DNA of 32,000 nt from Candidatus Saccharimonadota bacterium (lineage in GTDB: Bacteria > Pseudomonadota > Gammaproteobacteria > Enterobacterales > Enterobacteriaceae): positions 240,001 to 272,000 of the forward strand of contig NZ_CP046533.1 of assembly GCF_014857065.1 (NCBI RefSeq), written 5' to 3'. The notes below the pieces were generated by a model that did not search any database, had not been told where the DNA came from, and saw only the letters and a list, made by a program, of their open reading frames with translations. Below, piece by piece: positions 9,288 to 21,478 of this stretch. Position numbers and translations under genes: made by a program. Position 1 is the stretch's first letter. Each line of letters starts with the position of its first letter.

Positions 9288-9680
9288 TTATACGCGACGC
9301 CTTTTAGGAGGACGACATCCATTATGAGGAATGGGGGTAACGTCAGTAATATTAATAATGTGAAATCCTGCTGCATTTAAAGCTCGTACAGTAGATTCTC
9401 GTCCTGGACCAGGACCTTTAATCATAACTTCTAAATTTTTAATACCATATTCTTTTGCAATTTCAGCACAATACTCCGCTGCCGTTTGCGCAGCAAACGG
9501 CGTAGATTTACGAGAACCACGAAAACCAGAACCACCGGCTGTTGCCCAACCTAAAGTATTACCCTGACGATCCGTAATGGTCACAATAGTATTATTAAAA
9601 GATGCATGTATATGAACTATACCATCTAAAATTTGTTTTTTCACACGTTTACGTACACGAACATTGGATGACTTCATCAT
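9288..9680 (-). CDS. rpsK: 30S ribosomal protein S11
   Basis: [42 protein letters not shown]...[20 protein letters not shown] is colinear with E. coli S11. Start set at the first of two adjacent ATGs (9680/9677) by homology; the track start is 9692. Confidence 0.95.
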   Translation of the reverse strand: MMKSSNVRVRKRVKKQILDGIVHIHASFNNTIVTITDRQGNTLGWATAGGSGFRGSRKSTPFAAQTAAEYCAEIAKEYGIKNLEVMIKGPGPGRESTVRALNAAGFHIINITDVTPIPHNGCRPPKRRRV

Positions 9681-9716
9681 ACCTATACTCAACTCTCTAT
9701 CTTTATGTTTATATAT

Positions 9717-10073
9717 CTATCTATTAATTATCTTACGTGGCCCCTTACAAGTCCTCGCATTAGTCCTAGTTCTCTGTCCACGAACAGGAAGACCACGTCG
9801 ATGACGTAAACCACGATAAGTACCTAAATCTATTAAACGTTTAATACTCAAAGTAACCTCACGCCGTAAATCACCCTCTATAACATATTTAAGAACAGCA
9901 TCGCGTATACTATCAATTTGACTAATAGACAATTCACTTAATTTAACATGTTCAGGAATCCTCGTAATCGAACAAATAGAACGTGACCTTGATTTTCCAA
10001 TGCCATAAATTGACATTAATGCAATTACCAAATGTTTGTTACCAGGAACATTTATACCAGCTATCCGTACCAC
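9717..10073 (-). CDS. rpsM: 30S ribosomal protein S13
   Basis: 118 aa. M.RIAGIN.P..KH..IAL.SIYG.GK.RS...[27 protein letters not shown] is colinear with E. coli S13. GTG start. Confidence 0.96.
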   Translation of the reverse strand: MVRIAGINVPGNKHLVIALMSIYGIGKSRSRSICSITRIPEHVKLSELSISQIDSIRDAVLKYVIEGDLRREVTLSIKRLIDLGTYRGLRHRRGLPVRGQRTRTNARTCKGPRKIINR

Positions 10074-10184
10074 TATCTCAACTCCAAAACATAAATTTTA
10101 AATCGCCATTATATATAAGACATAAGCACATACGTTACAATTCAATACCATAACATTAAGAAACATCCCTTACAAAACCAATTT

Positions 10185-10301
10185 TTAACCCTGTCGCTGT
10201 TTATGTTTTGGTTCAACATGACAAATAACACGCACAACACCACTACGTTTTATTATTTTACAATGACGACACAACTTCTTTACTGAGGTGCGCACTTTCA
10301 T
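10185..10301 (-). CDS. rpmJ: 50S ribosomal protein L36 (zinc-ribbon type)
   Basis: Not in the ORF track because it is too short. Manual translation of the minus strand from ATG at 10301 gives [38 protein letters not shown]. It is 38 aa, with Cys11/Cys14/Cys27/His33 conserved, versus E. coli [38 protein letters not shown]. Confidence 0.95.
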   Translation of the reverse strand: MKVRTSVKKLCRHCKIIKRSGVVRVICHVEPKHKQRQG

Positions 10302-10348
10302 TATGAACTCCATCTAATATATAAATATGATATAACTATTAATTACTA

Positions 10349-11680
10349 TTAATCACGACTTTTTAAATGAGCTTTTCTTAATACAGATTCATATTGACTA
10401 GACATCATTAAAGCTTGGATCTGATTCATAAAATCCATAATTACTACAACAACAATAAGCAATGATGTACCTCCAAAATAAAACGGAACTTTCATTGCAA
10501 TACGCATAAATTCTGGTATTAAACAAATAAAAGTTATATAAACCGATCCTACTAAAGTTAATCTAGTCATTACTTTATTAATATATCTTGCAGTTTGTTC
10601 TCCGGGACGAATTCCTGGTATAAAAGCACCAGATTTTTTTAAATTATCAGCAGTTTCACGTGGATTAAAAATTAACGAAGTATAAAAAAAACAAAAAAAT
10701 ATAATGGATGAAGCATAAAGTAATAAATATAAAAATTTACCAGGTTGTAAATAAAATGAGACTAATGCTAACCAATTACATTTGGCATTGTAAGTAAACC
10801 AAGATGAAAGAGTAGCAGGAAATAAAATAATACTAGAAGCAAAAATAGCTGGAATAACTCCTGACATATTAATTTTTAATGGCAAATGAGTACTTTGTGT
10901 TGAATATGCACGATATCCATATTGATGTTTAGCATAATTAACTATTATACGACGTTGCCCACGTTCCATAAATACAACAAAAAATGTCACTATTAAAACA
11001 ATAAACAAAATAGAAACCAATAGAAAAAGGTGCAACTTCCCCTGCCTAGATTCCTCTATAATCTGTGCTATAGCCGACGGTAAACCTGCTACTATGCCTG
11101 AAAAAATAATTACCGAAATACCGTTACCCACTCCTTTATTAGTAATTTGCTCACCTAACCACATCAAGAAAATAGTTCCACAAACTAAACTTATTACTGC
11201 AACGAAATAAAAAGATACACCAGGATTAATAACCAATCCCTGCATACCCGTCATATTAGGCAATCCTATTGCAATACCAACTGATTGAAAAAGCGCCAAA
11301 AACAACGTACCATATCTGGTATATTGATTAATTTTACGCCTCCCATCTTCACCCTCTTTTTTCAACTCTGCTAAAGATGGGTGCATTACCGTTAATAATT
11401 GTACTATAATTGACGAAGAAATATATGGCATAATCCCCAAAGTAAAAATAGATGCGCGACTAAGAGCACCTCCCGAAAACACATTAAATATTTCAATAAT
11501 AGTTCCTCGCTGTTGTTCCAATAATTGAGCTATAACATTGGTATTAATGCCAGGTATTGGGATAAAAGAACCAACTCGGAAAATAATTAACGACCAAAAA
11601 ACAAAAAAAATCCTTTCCCTTAACTCACCGAAACTACTTTTAGTACCACACAAAGAAGACAAGATTGACCGAGTAAACAT
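10349..11680 (-). CDS. secY: Preprotein translocase subunit SecY
   Basis: 443-aa multi-pass membrane ORF in the canonical rplO-secY-rpmJ position. [39 protein letters not shown] and [12 protein letters not shown] are colinear with E. coli SecY. Confidence 0.97.
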   Translation of the reverse strand: MFTRSILSSLCGTKSSFGELRERIFFVFWSLIIFRVGSFIPIPGINTNVIAQLLEQQRGTIIEIFNVFSGGALSRASIFTLGIMPYISSSIIVQLLTVMHPSLAELKKEGEDGRRKINQYTRYGTLFLALFQSVGIAIGLPNMTGMQGLVINPGVSFYFVAVISLVCGTIFLMWLGEQITNKGVGNGISVIIFSGIVAGLPSAIAQIIEESRQGKLHLFLLVSILFIVLIVTFFVVFMERGQRRIIVNYAKHQYGYRAYSTQSTHLPLKINMSGVIPAIFASSIILFPATLSSWFTYNAKCNWLALVSFYLQPGKFLYLLLYASSIIFFCFFYTSLIFNPRETADNLKKSGAFIPGIRPGEQTARYINKVMTRLTLVGSVYITFICLIPEFMRIAMKVPFYFGGTSLLIVVVVIMDFMNQIQALMMSSQYESVLRKAHLKSRD

Positions 11681-11688
11681 ATTAGGAC

Positions 11689-12123
11689 TTATTCCTCTAT
11701 CTTTCCGCCAAGAGATCTAATAATAGAACAAACGCTCTTACTGACACATACACCACGTAATACAACGGCACGACTTATTGTCCCATGCAATATAATTTTG
11801 ACAAACTTAACATTTTTTTTAACAATATTCTCTCTTTTTAATAAATCTAAAGTTATAGATTCATTTTGAATACGTGATAAATCTGATAATCGTACTTCTG
11901 TAGTAACTAAAGACTTGCGAGATGTAAAACCAAATTTCGGCAAACGACGGTACAACGGCGTTTGACCACCCTCAAAACCAAGACGTAGCTTTCCGCCAGA
12001 ACGAGATTTTTGACCTTTATGGCCGCGACCACTAGTTTTACCTAAACCTGAACCAATACCCCTACCCAAACGCTTGGCAACAAACCTTGAGCCTTTAGTA
12101 GGTATTAAAGCATTAAGCTTCAT
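11689..12123 (-). CDS. rplO: 50S ribosomal protein L15
   Basis: 144 aa. [43 protein letters not shown] is colinear with E. coli L15. Confidence 0.96.
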   Translation of the reverse strand: MKLNALIPTKGSRFVAKRLGRGIGSGLGKTSGRGHKGQKSRSGGKLRLGFEGGQTPLYRRLPKFGFTSRKSLVTTEVRLSDLSRIQNESITLDLLKRENIVKKNVKFVKIILHGTISRAVVLRGVCVSKSVCSIIRSLGGKIEE

Positions 12124-12128
12124 TATTA

Positions 12129-12318
12129 TTATAACAACACCCTGATTGTATAAGAGACTCTAATTGTATCACAAACTTCGAATACGTCCACATATTTATA
12201 ACCTACATTTATACTTGTATCAATCTAAATACTAACCTAAACATAAATTCACAAAATTTGAATAAAACACCACTCATTTTATAACTTTAATATTTTCAAA
12301 ACAACAATCCACAATGTT
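12129..12318 (-). pseudogene. rpmD: Decayed remnant of 50S ribosomal protein L30 gene
   Basis: The 195-bp rpsE-rplO spacer is the size of rpmD (59 codons in E. coli), but every minus-strand frame is broken. One frame reads NIVDCCFENIKVIK* (compare E. coli KTIKITQ) and then has further stops. A second frame (12224 down to TAA at 12129-12131) reads [31 protein letters not shown], loosely colinear with E. coli L30 GLRRIGHTVEREDTPAIRG...VSFMVKVEE*. That frame ends 5 nt before the rplO ATG, as a real rpmD would. Confidence 0.55.
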
Positions 12319-12831
12319 CTAATTATATCTAATAATTTCTTCAATAGATTTACCACGTTTAGCAGCGATAATCTCAGGAGATTTCATATTAAGAAGAGCA
12401 TTCATTGTTGCTCGAACTACGTTAATAGGATTAGTAGAACCATAAGTTTTGGCCAAAACATTATGAACACCAGCTACCTCCAAAATAGCACGTATCGCGC
12501 CTCCAGCTATAATCCCAGTACCTTCAGAAGCCGGCTTAATAAATACGTAAGAACCGGTATACGTACCTTCGATGACATGCTGCAAAGTACCATTCTTTAA
12601 TATAATACTAATCATACTACGGCGAGCTTTTTCCATAGACTTTTGGATAGCTGATGGGACTTCACGTGCTTTGCCATAACCAAATCCTACACGCCCATTA
12701 TTATCGCCAACAACAGTCAATGCTGTAAAGCTAAAAACACGACCGCCTTTTACAGTTTTAGATACACGATTTACAGTAATTAATTTCTCTCGCAACTCAC
12801 TAACTTGCTTTTCAGTAAATAAATAATCCAT
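12319..12831 (-). CDS. rpsE: 30S ribosomal protein S5
   Basis: 170 aa. [54 protein letters not shown]...[36 protein letters not shown] is colinear with E. coli S5. Confidence 0.97.
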   Translation of the reverse strand: MDYLFTEKQVSELREKLITVNRVSKTVKGGRVFSFTALTVVGDNNGRVGFGYGKAREVPSAIQKSMEKARRSMISIILKNGTLQHVIEGTYTGSYVFIKPASEGTGIIAGGAIRAILEVAGVHNVLAKTYGSTNPINVVRATMNALLNMKSPEIIAAKRGKSIEEIIRYN

Positions 12832-12860
12832 AACAACAATTCATTACCTCTAATTCTTAT

Positions 12861-13214
12861 TTAAAAACATAAACCCACTTTTCGCGCAGCTTCCGCTAAA
12901 GCTTGAACACGACCATGATATTTAAATCCAGATCTGTCAAAAGATAATTTTGTGATACCTTTTTCCATTGCACGCTTTGCAATAACCTTGCCTACTAAAG
13001 AAGCTGCATTCTTATTGCTAGTAATTTTTAATTGTTTTGCAATACAATCTTCTAACGTAGAAGCTGAAACCAACGTAAAAGAAGCACAATCTATTACTTG
13101 AGCATAGATATGCCTCGAAGTACGATGTACGACCAAACGACAAGCTTTTAACTCACGAAATTTTTTCCTTAAACTCGTCGCCCTACGCATACGAGATATT
13201 TTCTTAATATTCAT
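12861..13214 (-). CDS. rplR: 50S ribosomal protein L18
   Basis: 117 aa from ATG 13214 ([13 protein letters not shown]...[16 protein letters not shown]...[23 protein letters not shown]), the same length as E. coli L18. The track start at 13283 adds 23 non-homologous residues overlapping rplF. Confidence 0.95.
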   Translation of the reverse strand: MNIKKISRMRRATSLRKKFRELKACRLVVHRTSRHIYAQVIDCASFTLVSASTLEDCIAKQLKITSNKNAASLVGKVIAKRAMEKGITKLSFDRSGFKYHGRVQALAEAARKVGLCF

Positions 13215-13245
13215 AAACCACATGTATCCTAATAAACAACTATAA

Positions 13246-13779
13246 CTATCTTTTTTTAGTTTCTTTAATATATACAAACTCATCTACATAACGAATACCC
13301 TTTCCTTTAAAAGGTTCTGGAGGGCGTAACGAACGTAAATCGGCTGATACCTGACCAACAAGTTGTTTATCAATACCTTTTAATATAATTTCAGTTTGAC
13401 CTGAACATTCCACGCTGATACCTGCTGGTAATTCATAATTAATAGAATGAGAAAAACCTACTGATAAAATAATTACTTTGTCATTAATTATAACTCGATA
13501 ACCTATACCTACTAATTGTAACCTTTTAATAAATTGTTGACTAACACCAATCATCATATTTCTCAATAACGAACACATGGTACCTGCCAACGCTCTATAT
13601 TTAGCTTGATTGCAATACGTAGAAAGAATGAGACTTTTATCACATCGATGCACATTTACATAATCATGCATAATTTGACTTAATTCCCCATAATTACCAC
13701 AAACCTTAATAGATTTACCATTAATTTTTGTAATTACACCTTCAGGAATAAGAACTAATAATTTAGTAGCACGAGACAT
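13246..13779 (-). CDS. rplF: 50S ribosomal protein L6
   Basis: 177 aa in the spc-operon position between rpsH and rplR. The L6-like C-terminus is [22 protein letters not shown]. Confidence 0.95.
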   Translation of the reverse strand: MSRATKLLVLIPEGVITKINGKSIKVCGNYGELSQIMHDYVNVHRCDKSLILSTYCNQAKYRALAGTMCSLLRNMMIGVSQQFIKRLQLVGIGYRVIINDKVIILSVGFSHSINYELPAGISVECSGQTEIILKGIDKQLVGQVSADLRSLRPPEPFKGKGIRYVDEFVYIKETKKR

Positions 13780-13791
13780 AATTTCCCCTGA

Positions 13792-14184
13792 TCAAGCTAC
13801 ATAACAAATTATTTCACCACCAATACCAAATCGACGAGCCATCTTATCTGTAATTACTCCTTGAGATGTGGAAATAATAACAATACCCATTCCTGACATT
13901 ACTTCTGGTATATCATGTTTCTTTTTGTAAACACGCAATCCTGGGCGACTAACACGACGAATGAACTCAATAACAGGTTTATCTTGAAAATATTTTAAAG
14001 TTAATACCAATATTGGCTTAGTATTATTTATTACATTATATTTTACAATATAACCTTCCTTAACTAATAAGTCAGCAATAGACCCCTTCATTTTAGAAAA
14101 AGGAGTAGATATTGAGTTTTTACTTGAAGATTGACCATTACGGATACAACTCAACATATCCGAAATTGGATCTTGCATACTCAT
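13792..14184 (-). CDS. rpsH: 30S ribosomal protein S8
   Basis: 130 aa from ATG 14184. [18 protein letters not shown]... and ...[12 protein letters not shown]...GGEIICYVA match the E. coli S8 N- and C-termini exactly in length. The track start at 14244 is a spurious extension. Confidence 0.96.
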   Translation of the reverse strand: MSMQDPISDMLSCIRNGQSSSKNSISTPFSKMKGSIADLLVKEGYIVKYNVINNTKPILVLTLKYFQDKPVIEFIRRVSRPGLRVYKKKHDIPEVMSGMGIVIISTSQGVITDKMARRFGIGGEIICYVA

Positions 14185-14237
14185 TCTTCTTTTAAATTCC
14201 CTCAAAATTATAAAATTGATAAAACAAGAGAAACCAG

Positions 14238-14543
14238 TTACCAACTTGCCTTTCTTAAACCCGGTATTTCACCCCGCATAGCAGCTTCTCGCAATTTAAT
14301 ACGACTTAAACCAAACTTTCTTAAAAAAGCATGAGGCCTACCTGTTAAGCTACATCGATTACGACGACGAGACGGACTAGAATCACGCGGCAATTTCTGT
14401 AATCGTAAAATTGCTTGCCATCTTTTAGCATGCGAAACCTTACTATTAGAAATAATAGACTTCAATTTAGTACGTTGATTAAAAAACTTACTAACTAATG
14501 CAGCTCGTTTCAATTCACGAGCCACTACTGACTGTTTTGTCAC
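14238..14543 (-). CDS. rpsN: 30S ribosomal protein S14
   Basis: 101 aa. M.KQS..ARE.KR.....[45 protein letters not shown] is colinear with E. coli S14. GTG start. Confidence 0.96.
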   Translation of the reverse strand: MTKQSVVARELKRAALVSKFFNQRTKLKSIISNSKVSHAKRWQAILRLQKLPRDSSPSRRRNRCSLTGRPHAFLRKFGLSRIKLREAAMRGEIPGLRKASW

Positions 14544-14562
14544 ATACTACTCCCAATAATAT

Positions 14563-15102
14563 TTATTTTCTAAATGGAAACTGAAAAGCAGCTAATAAAG
14601 CATAACCCTCACTATTAGATTTTGCGGTGGTAGTAATTGCTATATCTACACCACAAGTCCTATCGACCTTATTATAATCAATTTCTGGAAAAACAATCTG
14701 TTCACGTATGCCAAAATTATAATTACCATACCTATCAAACGATTTATTAGACAAACCACGAAAATCCCTAATACGAGGTATAGCGACAAAAATTAATTTT
14801 TTTAAAAAATCCCACATACGTACATCACGTAATGTAACTTTACAACCAATAGAAAAACCTTGACGAATCTTAAAACTAGCAATTGACTTTTTTGCTTTGG
14901 TAATAAAAGGTTTTTGTCCTGAAATTGCAGCTAAATCCATCATAGCATTTTCTAATTTTTTTTTATCTGTTCCTAATATACCTAAACCCATATTTAAGGT
15001 AATTTTTCTAATCTTAGGTACTTCCATAACAGATCGATAATCAAAGTCACGCATTAATCGAGGAACTACCACGTCTCTATAAAAATCATATAAATCCGAC
15101 AT
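14563..15102 (-). CDS. rplE: 50S ribosomal protein L5
   Basis: 179 aa in the canonical rplX-rplE-rpsN position. L5-like motifs: K...NMGLG, FRGLS..SFD..GNY.FGI.EQI.FPEI.Y. Confidence 0.96.
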   Translation of the reverse strand: MSDLYDFYRDVVVPRLMRDFDYRSVMEVPKIRKITLNMGLGILGTDKKKLENAMMDLAAISGQKPFITKAKKSIASFKIRQGFSIGCKVTLRDVRMWDFLKKLIFVAIPRIRDFRGLSNKSFDRYGNYNFGIREQIVFPEIDYNKVDRTCGVDIAITTTAKSNSEGYALLAAFQFPFRK

Positions 15103-15118
15103 TCTAACTTACCGCAAC

Positions 15119-15430
15119 TTAAACATTCTCTCCACTAGATTTAAAAACACGAACCTTTTTGCCATCTTTAATCTTAAAAACCACCTTATCTAATCTACCA
15201 CATGTAACATTAAATATAGCAATATTAGAAATATCAATAGGCGACTCTTTCTCAAAGATACCACCAAGCTTTTTCATTGCTGGTACTGACTTCTGATGTT
15301 TTTTTACCAAGTTCAAACCTTCAATAAAAACCCTGCCAGAAGCTAAAATAAACTTGACTTTACCATGCTTGCCTTTATTCGCTCCCTTTAATACAATAAC
15401 TTCATCGCCACAACGAATTTTTGCTGACAT
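15119..15430 (-). CDS. rplX: 50S ribosomal protein L24
   Basis: 103 aa. KIR.GDEVIVL.G..KGK.GKV (KOW motif). Position is rplN-rplX-rplE. Confidence 0.94.
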   Translation of the reverse strand: MSAKIRCGDEVIVLKGANKGKHGKVKFILASGRVFIEGLNLVKKHQKSVPAMKKLGGIFEKESPIDISNIAIFNVTCGRLDKVVFKIKDGKKVRVFKSSGENV

Positions 15431-15455
15431 AAATTACCTTTTAATACTACATATA

Positions 15456-15827
15456 TTAAAGAACTTCTGGCGCTAAAGAAACAATCTTCATAAATTTTTC
15501 ATTACGCAACTCTCTAGTAACAGGGCCAAAAACACGAGTACCAATAGGCTGTTCATTAACATCATTAAGCAAAACACAAGAATTAGTATCAAACCTTATC
15601 AAAGAACCATCTGAACGACGCACACCTTTCTTAGTACGTACTACTACAGCTTTCACAATATCACCCTTTTTAACTTTACCTCGAGGCATCGCATCCTTAA
15701 TAGCTACTTTAATTATATCACCAATAGCCGCATATCGACGACGAGAACCACCAAGCACTTTAATACACATTACGAAACGAGCCCCAGAATTATCAGCTAC
15801 GCTTAATATACTTTGTTCTTGAATCAT
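15456..15827 (-). CDS. rplN: 50S ribosomal protein L14
   Basis: 123 aa. [70 protein letters not shown] is colinear with E. coli L14. Confidence 0.97.
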   Translation of the reverse strand: MIQEQSILSVADNSGARFVMCIKVLGGSRRRYAAIGDIIKVAIKDAMPRGKVKKGDIVKAVVVRTKKGVRRSDGSLIRFDTNSCVLLNDVNEQPIGTRVFGPVTRELRNEKFMKIVSLAPEVL

Positions 15828-15908
15828 AATAAATTACCTTCAATCCTTAAAGTTAAAACAAAACAAATCAAAACACAACCACTCTCTAAAAATTTTTTAA
15901 AATACATA

Positions 15909-16163
15909 TTAAAAAACAGTCTTCTTAACGATCGAAACTAAAATCCAAGACTTAGTTTTAGAAATCGGACGACACTCTTTAATTTTAATAATATCTCCAA
16001 TACGACTATCATTATTTTCATCATGCACATGCAATTTCGTTGTACGTCTTATAAATTTCCTATAAATAGGATGTTTAATAAACCTTTCTATCGATACGAC
16101 AACTGATTTTTCCATTTTATCACTAATTACACGACCATGCAAAATATTAATTCTATTAGACAT
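15909..16163 (-). CDS. rpsQ: 30S ribosomal protein S17
   Basis: 84 aa from ATG 16163. [37 protein letters not shown]...GD...I.ECRP.SKTKSW.LV is colinear with E. coli S17. The start overlaps the rpmC stop by 8 nt; the track start at 16208 is an extension. Confidence 0.95.
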   Translation of the reverse strand: MSNRINILHGRVISDKMEKSVVVSIERFIKHPIYRKFIRRTTKLHVHDENNDSRIGDIIKIKECRPISKTKSWILVSIVKKTVF

Positions 16164-16356
16164 CATAAGACCTAGTTTTATTAGATAAATAAGTTTTAAT
16201 TCGAGCAATATTACGACGTATCTCTTTTAATAAATGAGTTTGATTGACTTGACCCATTCTTATTTGCATACGAACATTTATTTGTGTATGTAAAAGGTTT
16301 AATAAATCAAAATTCAATTCTTCAACATTTTTCTTATGTAATTTTCGTAACTTCAT
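16156..16356 (-). CDS. rpmC: 50S ribosomal protein L29
   Basis: 66 aa. K.VEELN..LLNLL..Q.N.RMQ...GQ..Q.HLLK..RR..AR.KT.L is colinear with E. coli L29. Confidence 0.93.
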   Translation of the reverse strand: MKLRKLHKKNVEELNFDLLNLLHTQINVRMQIRMGQVNQTHLLKEIRRNIARIKTYLSNKTRSYDV

Positions 16357-16359
16357 ATA

Positions 16360-16767
16360 TTAACCAACTTTTGTAACAATAACAGTCTTAACAGGTAATT
16401 TTGAAGATGCCAACTTAAAAGCCATCCTCACTAAATCCTCAGGAACACCGGACATTTCATATAAAACCCTGCCAGGTTGTACTAAAGCTACCCAATATTC
16501 CACATTACCTTTACCCTTCCCCATACGAACTTCTAATGGTTTTTTAGTAATTGGCTTATCTGGAAAAATTCGAATCCAGATTTTTCCCTGACGCTTCACT
16601 GCGCGAGTCATGGCACGCCTCGCTGCTTCTATCTGATTAGAAGTTAATCGACCATGGCTAATAGCCTTTAAGCCAAAATCACCAAAATCAACAGAAATAC
16701 CAACTGCTACACCACGATTTCTACCCTTGTGCATTTTTTGAAACTTTGTGCGTTTCGGTTGTAACAT
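16360..16767 (-). CDS. rplP: 50S ribosomal protein L16
   Basis: 135 aa. [17 protein letters not shown]...G..V.FG.FGLKA...[63 protein letters not shown] is colinear with E. coli L16. Confidence 0.97.
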   Translation of the reverse strand: MLQPKRTKFQKMHKGRNRGVAVGISVDFGDFGLKAISHGRLTSNQIEAARRAMTRAVKRQGKIWIRIFPDKPITKKPLEVRMGKGKGNVEYWVALVQPGRVLYEMSGVPEDLVRMAFKLASSKLPVKTVIVTKVG

Positions 16768-16786
16768 AAATTACCTTTCCTAAACA

Positions 16787-17494
16787 TTATTTAATACGCC
16801 CCCTACGAGACGGTTTTTTAATTTGAGCAGATGTAGTTACAGTAACTGGAGTAATAATTGGCATACCACCTAAAATTTCACCTCTAAATACCCATACTTT
16901 TACACCAATAATTCCATAAGTAGTGCGTGCTTCAGACATACTATAATCTATATCAGCACGTAATGTATGTAATGGAACACGACCTTCACGATACCACTCA
17001 GTGCGTGCAATCTCAACTCCACCCAAACGACCACTTACCTCCACTTTTATTCCCTTAGCTCCCAAACGCATAGCACTTTGCACAACTCTCTTCATAGCCC
17101 TTCTAAACATCACTCTACGTTCTAATTGAGAAACAATATTATCAGCTAATAACTTGGCATCTATCTCTGGCTTACGAACTTCAGCAATATTAACCTGTGT
17201 AGGAACACCTGAAATATGCGCTACAACTCTTCGTAATCTTTCAACATCTTCTCCTTTTTTACCTATTACAATGCCAGGTCTAGCAGTATAAATAGTTACA
17301 CGAATACTTTTAGCAGGACGTTCAATAACAATACGAGATATTAACGCTTTTGACAATTCTTTAAATAAAAAAGAACGCACTCTAAAATCGCTAAATAAAT
17401 TGTTAGCAAAATCCTTAGTACCAGCATACCAAGTAGAATTCCAATACCTAATGATTCCTAAACGAATTATGTTAGGATGTACTTTTTGTCCCAT
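16787..17494 (-). CDS. rpsC: 30S ribosomal protein S3
   Basis: [13 protein letters not shown]...W.S.W.A... is colinear with E. coli S3. ATG at 17494 chosen by homology (track TTG start at 17500). Confidence 0.96.
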   Translation of the reverse strand: MGQKVHPNIIRLGIIRYWNSTWYAGTKDFANNLFSDFRVRSFLFKELSKALISRIVIERPAKSIRVTIYTARPGIVIGKKGEDVERLRRVVAHISGVPTQVNIAEVRKPEIDAKLLADNIVSQLERRVMFRRAMKRVVQSAMRLGAKGIKVEVSGRLGGVEIARTEWYREGRVPLHTLRADIDYSMSEARTTYGIIGVKVWVFRGEILGGMPIITPVTVTTSAQIKKPSRRGRIK

Positions 17495-17534
17495 TACCAA
17501 ACCTTTAAGTTATCTAATTTTAATCAATAATAAT

Positions 17535-17867
17535 CTAATATGTTACAATTACAGTAACATGACTAGTACGTTTCAAAATACGATCAGCACGACCTTTAGC
17601 ACGTGGAACCATTCGTTTAGCAATCGGGCCGACATCAACAAAAATCTTAGCAACTTTTAAATCCTCAATGTTTAAACCAAAATTATGTTCAGCATTAGCA
17701 ACGACAGATTTTAAAAGTTTCAAAAGCAAGAAAGCAGATTTCTTGTTAGAAAAATTTAAAATATTAATCGCTTGAAATACTTTCTTTCCTCTAATCATAT
17801 CTACAACTAAACGTACTTTTTGAGGAGAAGATTGCATATAACGATATTTTGCAATAGCTTGTTGCAT
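17535..17867 (-). CDS. rplV: 50S ribosomal protein L22
   Basis: 110 aa, the same length as E. coli L22. S.QKVRLV.D.IRGKKV.QA..IL...NKK.A.....[42 protein letters not shown]. Confidence 0.96.
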   Translation of the reverse strand: MQQAIAKYRYMQSSPQKVRLVVDMIRGKKVFQAINILNFSNKKSAFLLLKLLKSVVANAEHNFGLNIEDLKVAKIFVDVGPIAKRMVPRAKGRADRILKRTSHVTVIVTY

Positions 17868-17883
17868 TTATTTTAACCTTAAC

Positions 17884-18168
17884 CTAACGTTTTTTAACTT
17901 TTTTATCTGATATATAAGTATGACCTCTATAAGTACGAGTTGGAGAAAATTCTCCAAGCTTATGACCAACCATTTCTTCACTAATAAATACAGGTACATG
18001 TTGTCGACCATTATGAACAGAAATAGTTAAACCAATCATCTTTGGGAAAATAGTAGAACGCCTAGACCAAGTACGAATTGGTCTTTTATTACCACTTTCT
18101 ACTGCTTTTTCCACTTTTCTTAATAGATGAGCATCAATAAATGGACCTTTTTTAAGAGAACGTGGCAT
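17884..18168 (-). CDS. rpsS: 30S ribosomal protein S19
   Basis: 94 aa. [55 protein letters not shown]...[18 protein letters not shown] is colinear with E. coli S19. Confidence 0.97.
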   Translation of the reverse strand: MPRSLKKGPFIDAHLLRKVEKAVESGNKRPIRTWSRRSTIFPKMIGLTISVHNGRQHVPVFISEEMVGHKLGEFSPTRTYRGHTYISDKKVKKR

Positions 18169-18190
18169 AAAATTTTAATTATCCTCTAAT

Positions 18191-19015
18191 TTATTTAACA
18201 CTACGATGACGTATAATAAACTTATCAGTACGTTTGTTACTACGAGTTCTCTTACCTTTAGTTTTTAAACCCCAAGGAGAAACCGGATGTTTACCAAAAT
18301 TACGACCCTCACCACCTCCATGAGGATGATCTACTGGATTCATAGCAGTACCTCTGACAGTTGGACGAATACCTCGCCATCTACTCGCACCTGCTTTACC
18401 AAACATACGTAACATATGCTCATTATTGCCAACTTCACCCAACGTTGCACGACATGTAGCTTGAATTTTACGCACTTCACCTGAACGAAGACGCAAAGTC
18501 ACAAAAGAATCATCCCGAGCTATAATCTGAGCACATGCACCTGCAGAACGCGCTAATTGCCCTCCTTTACCAACTTTCATTTCTATATTATGTACAATAG
18601 AACCAATCGGAATAAATTGCATAGGCAAAGAATTACCAATTCTTACCGGCACATCAAGGCCAGATTGAATTTCATCTCCAATTTTTAGATTTTTTACTCC
18701 TAAAATATAACGACGCTCACCATCTTTATATAAAATTAAAGCAATATAAGTAGAACGATTAGGATCGTATTCCAAACGCTCTACTACACCTAAAATATTA
18801 TCTTTATTCCTTTTAAAATCAAGCAATCGATAACACCTTTTATGTCTACCACCAATATGACGCACTGTAATACATCCACGATTATTACGCCCTCCTGATT
18901 TTCTTAATGGACGTAATAAAGCACTACAAGGACTACCTTTATGCAAACTATAGTTAACTACCTTAACTAAATGACGTCTACCAGGCGATGTAGACTTACA
19001 CTTTACAATAGTCAT
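18191..19015 (-). CDS. rplB: 50S ribosomal protein L2
   Basis: VKCK.TSPGRRH.VKVVN..LHKG.P...GGRNN.G.IT.RHIGG.HK..YR..DFKRNKD...[49 protein letters not shown] is colinear with E. coli L2. ATG 19015 preferred over the track TTG at 19021. Confidence 0.97.
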   Translation of the reverse strand: MTIVKCKSTSPGRRHLVKVVNYSLHKGSPCSALLRPLRKSGGRNNRGCITVRHIGGRHKRCYRLLDFKRNKDNILGVVERLEYDPNRSTYIALILYKDGERRYILGVKNLKIGDEIQSGLDVPVRIGNSLPMQFIPIGSIVHNIEMKVGKGGQLARSAGACAQIIARDDSFVTLRLRSGEVRKIQATCRATLGEVGNNEHMLRMFGKAGASRWRGIRPTVRGTAMNPVDHPHGGGEGRNFGKHPVSPWGLKTKGKRTRSNKRTDKFIIRHRSVK

Positions 19016-19042
19016 AATCAAATAATCTTAATATTTTGATGT

Positions 19043-19369
19043 TCATTTATGCACTTTATTCAACTTGGTCTCGCTAATTAAATCTATTCTTTCACCTTCT
19101 TTTAAAGAAACATATGCCTTTTTCCAATCACTACGACGACCAAAATGCTTCTTACTGCGCTTTATTTTTCCTTTAACTACCAAAGTCCGTACATTTTGTA
19201 CTTTAACGGAAAATAAATTTTGCACAGCAATCTTGATATCGATTTTTTTAGCAGATTTGACTGTTCTAAAAACAACAGTATTAAATTTATCCGTAGCAAC
19301 TGACGTTTTTTCAGAAACGTAAGGAGATTGAAGTACATTTAATAAATACTCTCTATAAATTTTACGCAC
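19043..19369 (-). CDS. rplW: 50S ribosomal protein L23
   Basis: 108 aa. LL.VL..P.VSEK.S.A..K.NT.V......A.K..IK.AVQ.LF.V.V..V.TLVVKGK.KR......[15 protein letters not shown] is colinear with E. coli L23. GTG start overlapping the rplD stop by 8 nt. Confidence 0.94.
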   Translation of the reverse strand: MRKIYREYLLNVLQSPYVSEKTSVATDKFNTVVFRTVKSAKKIDIKIAVQNLFSVKVQNVRTLVVKGKIKRSKKHFGRRSDWKKAYVSLKEGERIDLISETKLNKVHK

Positions 19370-19985
19370 ACATTTCCTCTATTTTTCTGATTGAATCACA
19401 AACCACAACTACCTTATCAAAAATAATCAAACTAATAGGATTAATATTAATCGTTTGAATAACTTTAATATTCTGCAAGTTACGAGCAGCTAAAAATAAA
19501 TTATTTTCCCTATTGTTAACAATAATCAAAATTTTTTTCAGAATTTCTCTTTCAACTAATTTCATATCTTTTAACTTTTCTATTAAGGAACTGGTTCTTG
19601 GTTTGTTAATAGAAAAGTTATTAACAATAAACAAACGCTTCTGACGAACTAATTCAGATAGGATACTCCTTAATGCGCCCTTATACATCTTTTTATTAAT
19701 TTTTTGGCTATAATCTCGAGGTTTAGAAGCAAAAGTAACACCGCCAGAACGCCAAATAGGACTTTTCACAGAACCAGCACGTGCTCGACCTGTCCCTTTC
19801 TGACGCCAAGGCTTCTTATTAGAACCAGTTACTAATGCTCGACTTTTCTGAGATTTTGTTCCTTGACGAGAACCAGCCGCATATGCAACAACAACCTGAT
19901 GTATCAATGCTTTATTAAAAGGCCTATCAAATACAAAACTTGACACTTTTAACATAAGACCATTATCTTGTAACTGTAAATCCAT
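19362..19985 (-). CDS. rplD: 50S ribosomal protein L4
   Basis: From ATG 19985 (MDLQLQD...). [80 protein letters not shown] is colinear with E. coli L4. The track start at 20003 adds 6 residues. Confidence 0.96.
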   Translation of the reverse strand: MDLQLQDNGLMLKVSSFVFDRPFNKALIHQVVVAYAAGSRQGTKSQKSRALVTGSNKKPWRQKGTGRARAGSVKSPIWRSGGVTFASKPRDYSQKINKKMYKGALRSILSELVRQKRLFIVNNFSINKPRTSSLIEKLKDMKLVEREILKKILIIVNNRENNLFLAARNLQNIKVIQTININPISLIIFDKVVVVCDSIRKIEEMCA

Positions 19986-20065
19986 AAAACACTCTCGAAT
20001 CAAATACCTAAATCAAATTTACCTATATTTTATAAATCACCTTCTTAAACTTTATAGAAATCAAT

Positions 20066-20698
20066 TTACCTAATAGAAGGCTTAATCAAAATATCATTTC
20101 CAATAGATCCCGGTATTGATCCTTTAATTAATAATAAATTACGGACTAAATCAACACGGACAAGATCCAAACTTTGTACAGTATTTTTCTTATTACCTAA
20201 TTGTCCAGGCATCTTTTTACCTTTAAAAACTTTTCCTGGAGTTTGATTTTGTCCAATAGATCCTGGAGCTCGATGTGATAAAGAATTTCCATGACTAGCA
20301 TCTTGTGAATGAAAATTCCAACGCTTAATGACACCTGCAAATCCCTTACCTTTTGATATACCAGTTACATCAACTCGTTTGATAGACATAAAAGACTCAA
20401 CGTTAAACTTCTGACCTACTTTAACATTTAAGATTTCTTTTTCAGAAATACGAAACTCCCACAAACCACGCCCTGCCTTCACTCCTGCCTTTAAAAAATG
20501 ACCTAATTCTGCCTTATTCAAGCGACTCTTCTTCCTACTACCAGTAGTAAATTGAATAGCAAAATACCCATCACTGTGTAGATTTTTAATTTGAGTGACA
20601 CTATTAGGCTCTACGTAAACTACGGTAACTGGGGTAACAACACCATTTTCATTAAAAATCCTAGTCATACCCAATTTTTTACCAACTAAACCATACAT
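20066..20698 (-). CDS. rplC: 50S ribosomal protein L3
   Basis: 210 aa. M.GLVGKK.GMTRIF.E.G...PVTV..VE.N.VTQ.K...[46 protein letters not shown] is colinear with E. coli L3. Confidence 0.97.
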   Translation of the reverse strand: MYGLVGKKLGMTRIFNENGVVTPVTVVYVEPNSVTQIKNLHSDGYFAIQFTTGSRKKSRLNKAELGHFLKAGVKAGRGLWEFRISEKEILNVKVGQKFNVESFMSIKRVDVTGISKGKGFAGVIKRWNFHSQDASHGNSLSHRAPGSIGQNQTPGKVFKGKKMPGQLGNKKNTVQSLDLVRVDLVRNLLLIKGSIPGSIGNDILIKPSIR

Positions 20699-20740
20699 TT
20701 ACAAAAATCCTTGATAATATGAAAAATATAAAAAAGCAAA

Positions 20741-21091
<351 letters not shown>

Positions 21092-21478
21092 TTACATGCA
21101 AATAATTACTAATTCCATATTATAAAACACAAAAAAAAGAACAATAAAACCTATCCCCAAATCATGTAAATAATCAAATACAAGAACAACCCATATCAGT
21201 ATAAACTATTATACCTATAAATAACAATAGATCAATAATAACTTAGAAAACCGAAATTGCAATTAAACAAGATACTAAATCAAATCAAAATACAATAAAA
21301 TATAAATATAAATTTTAAAATACGGTAAATTAATCTCTCTACATAAGTAAGGATTAAATAGAATCTAAAAAATACAAAATACCAACTTCAAATTTAATAA
21401 ACCAAAATTAAATTTCCACATAACATAAAGTAATTTCCATAGATAAATAATCTAATAATTATTAGCAACTTGTTGTGC

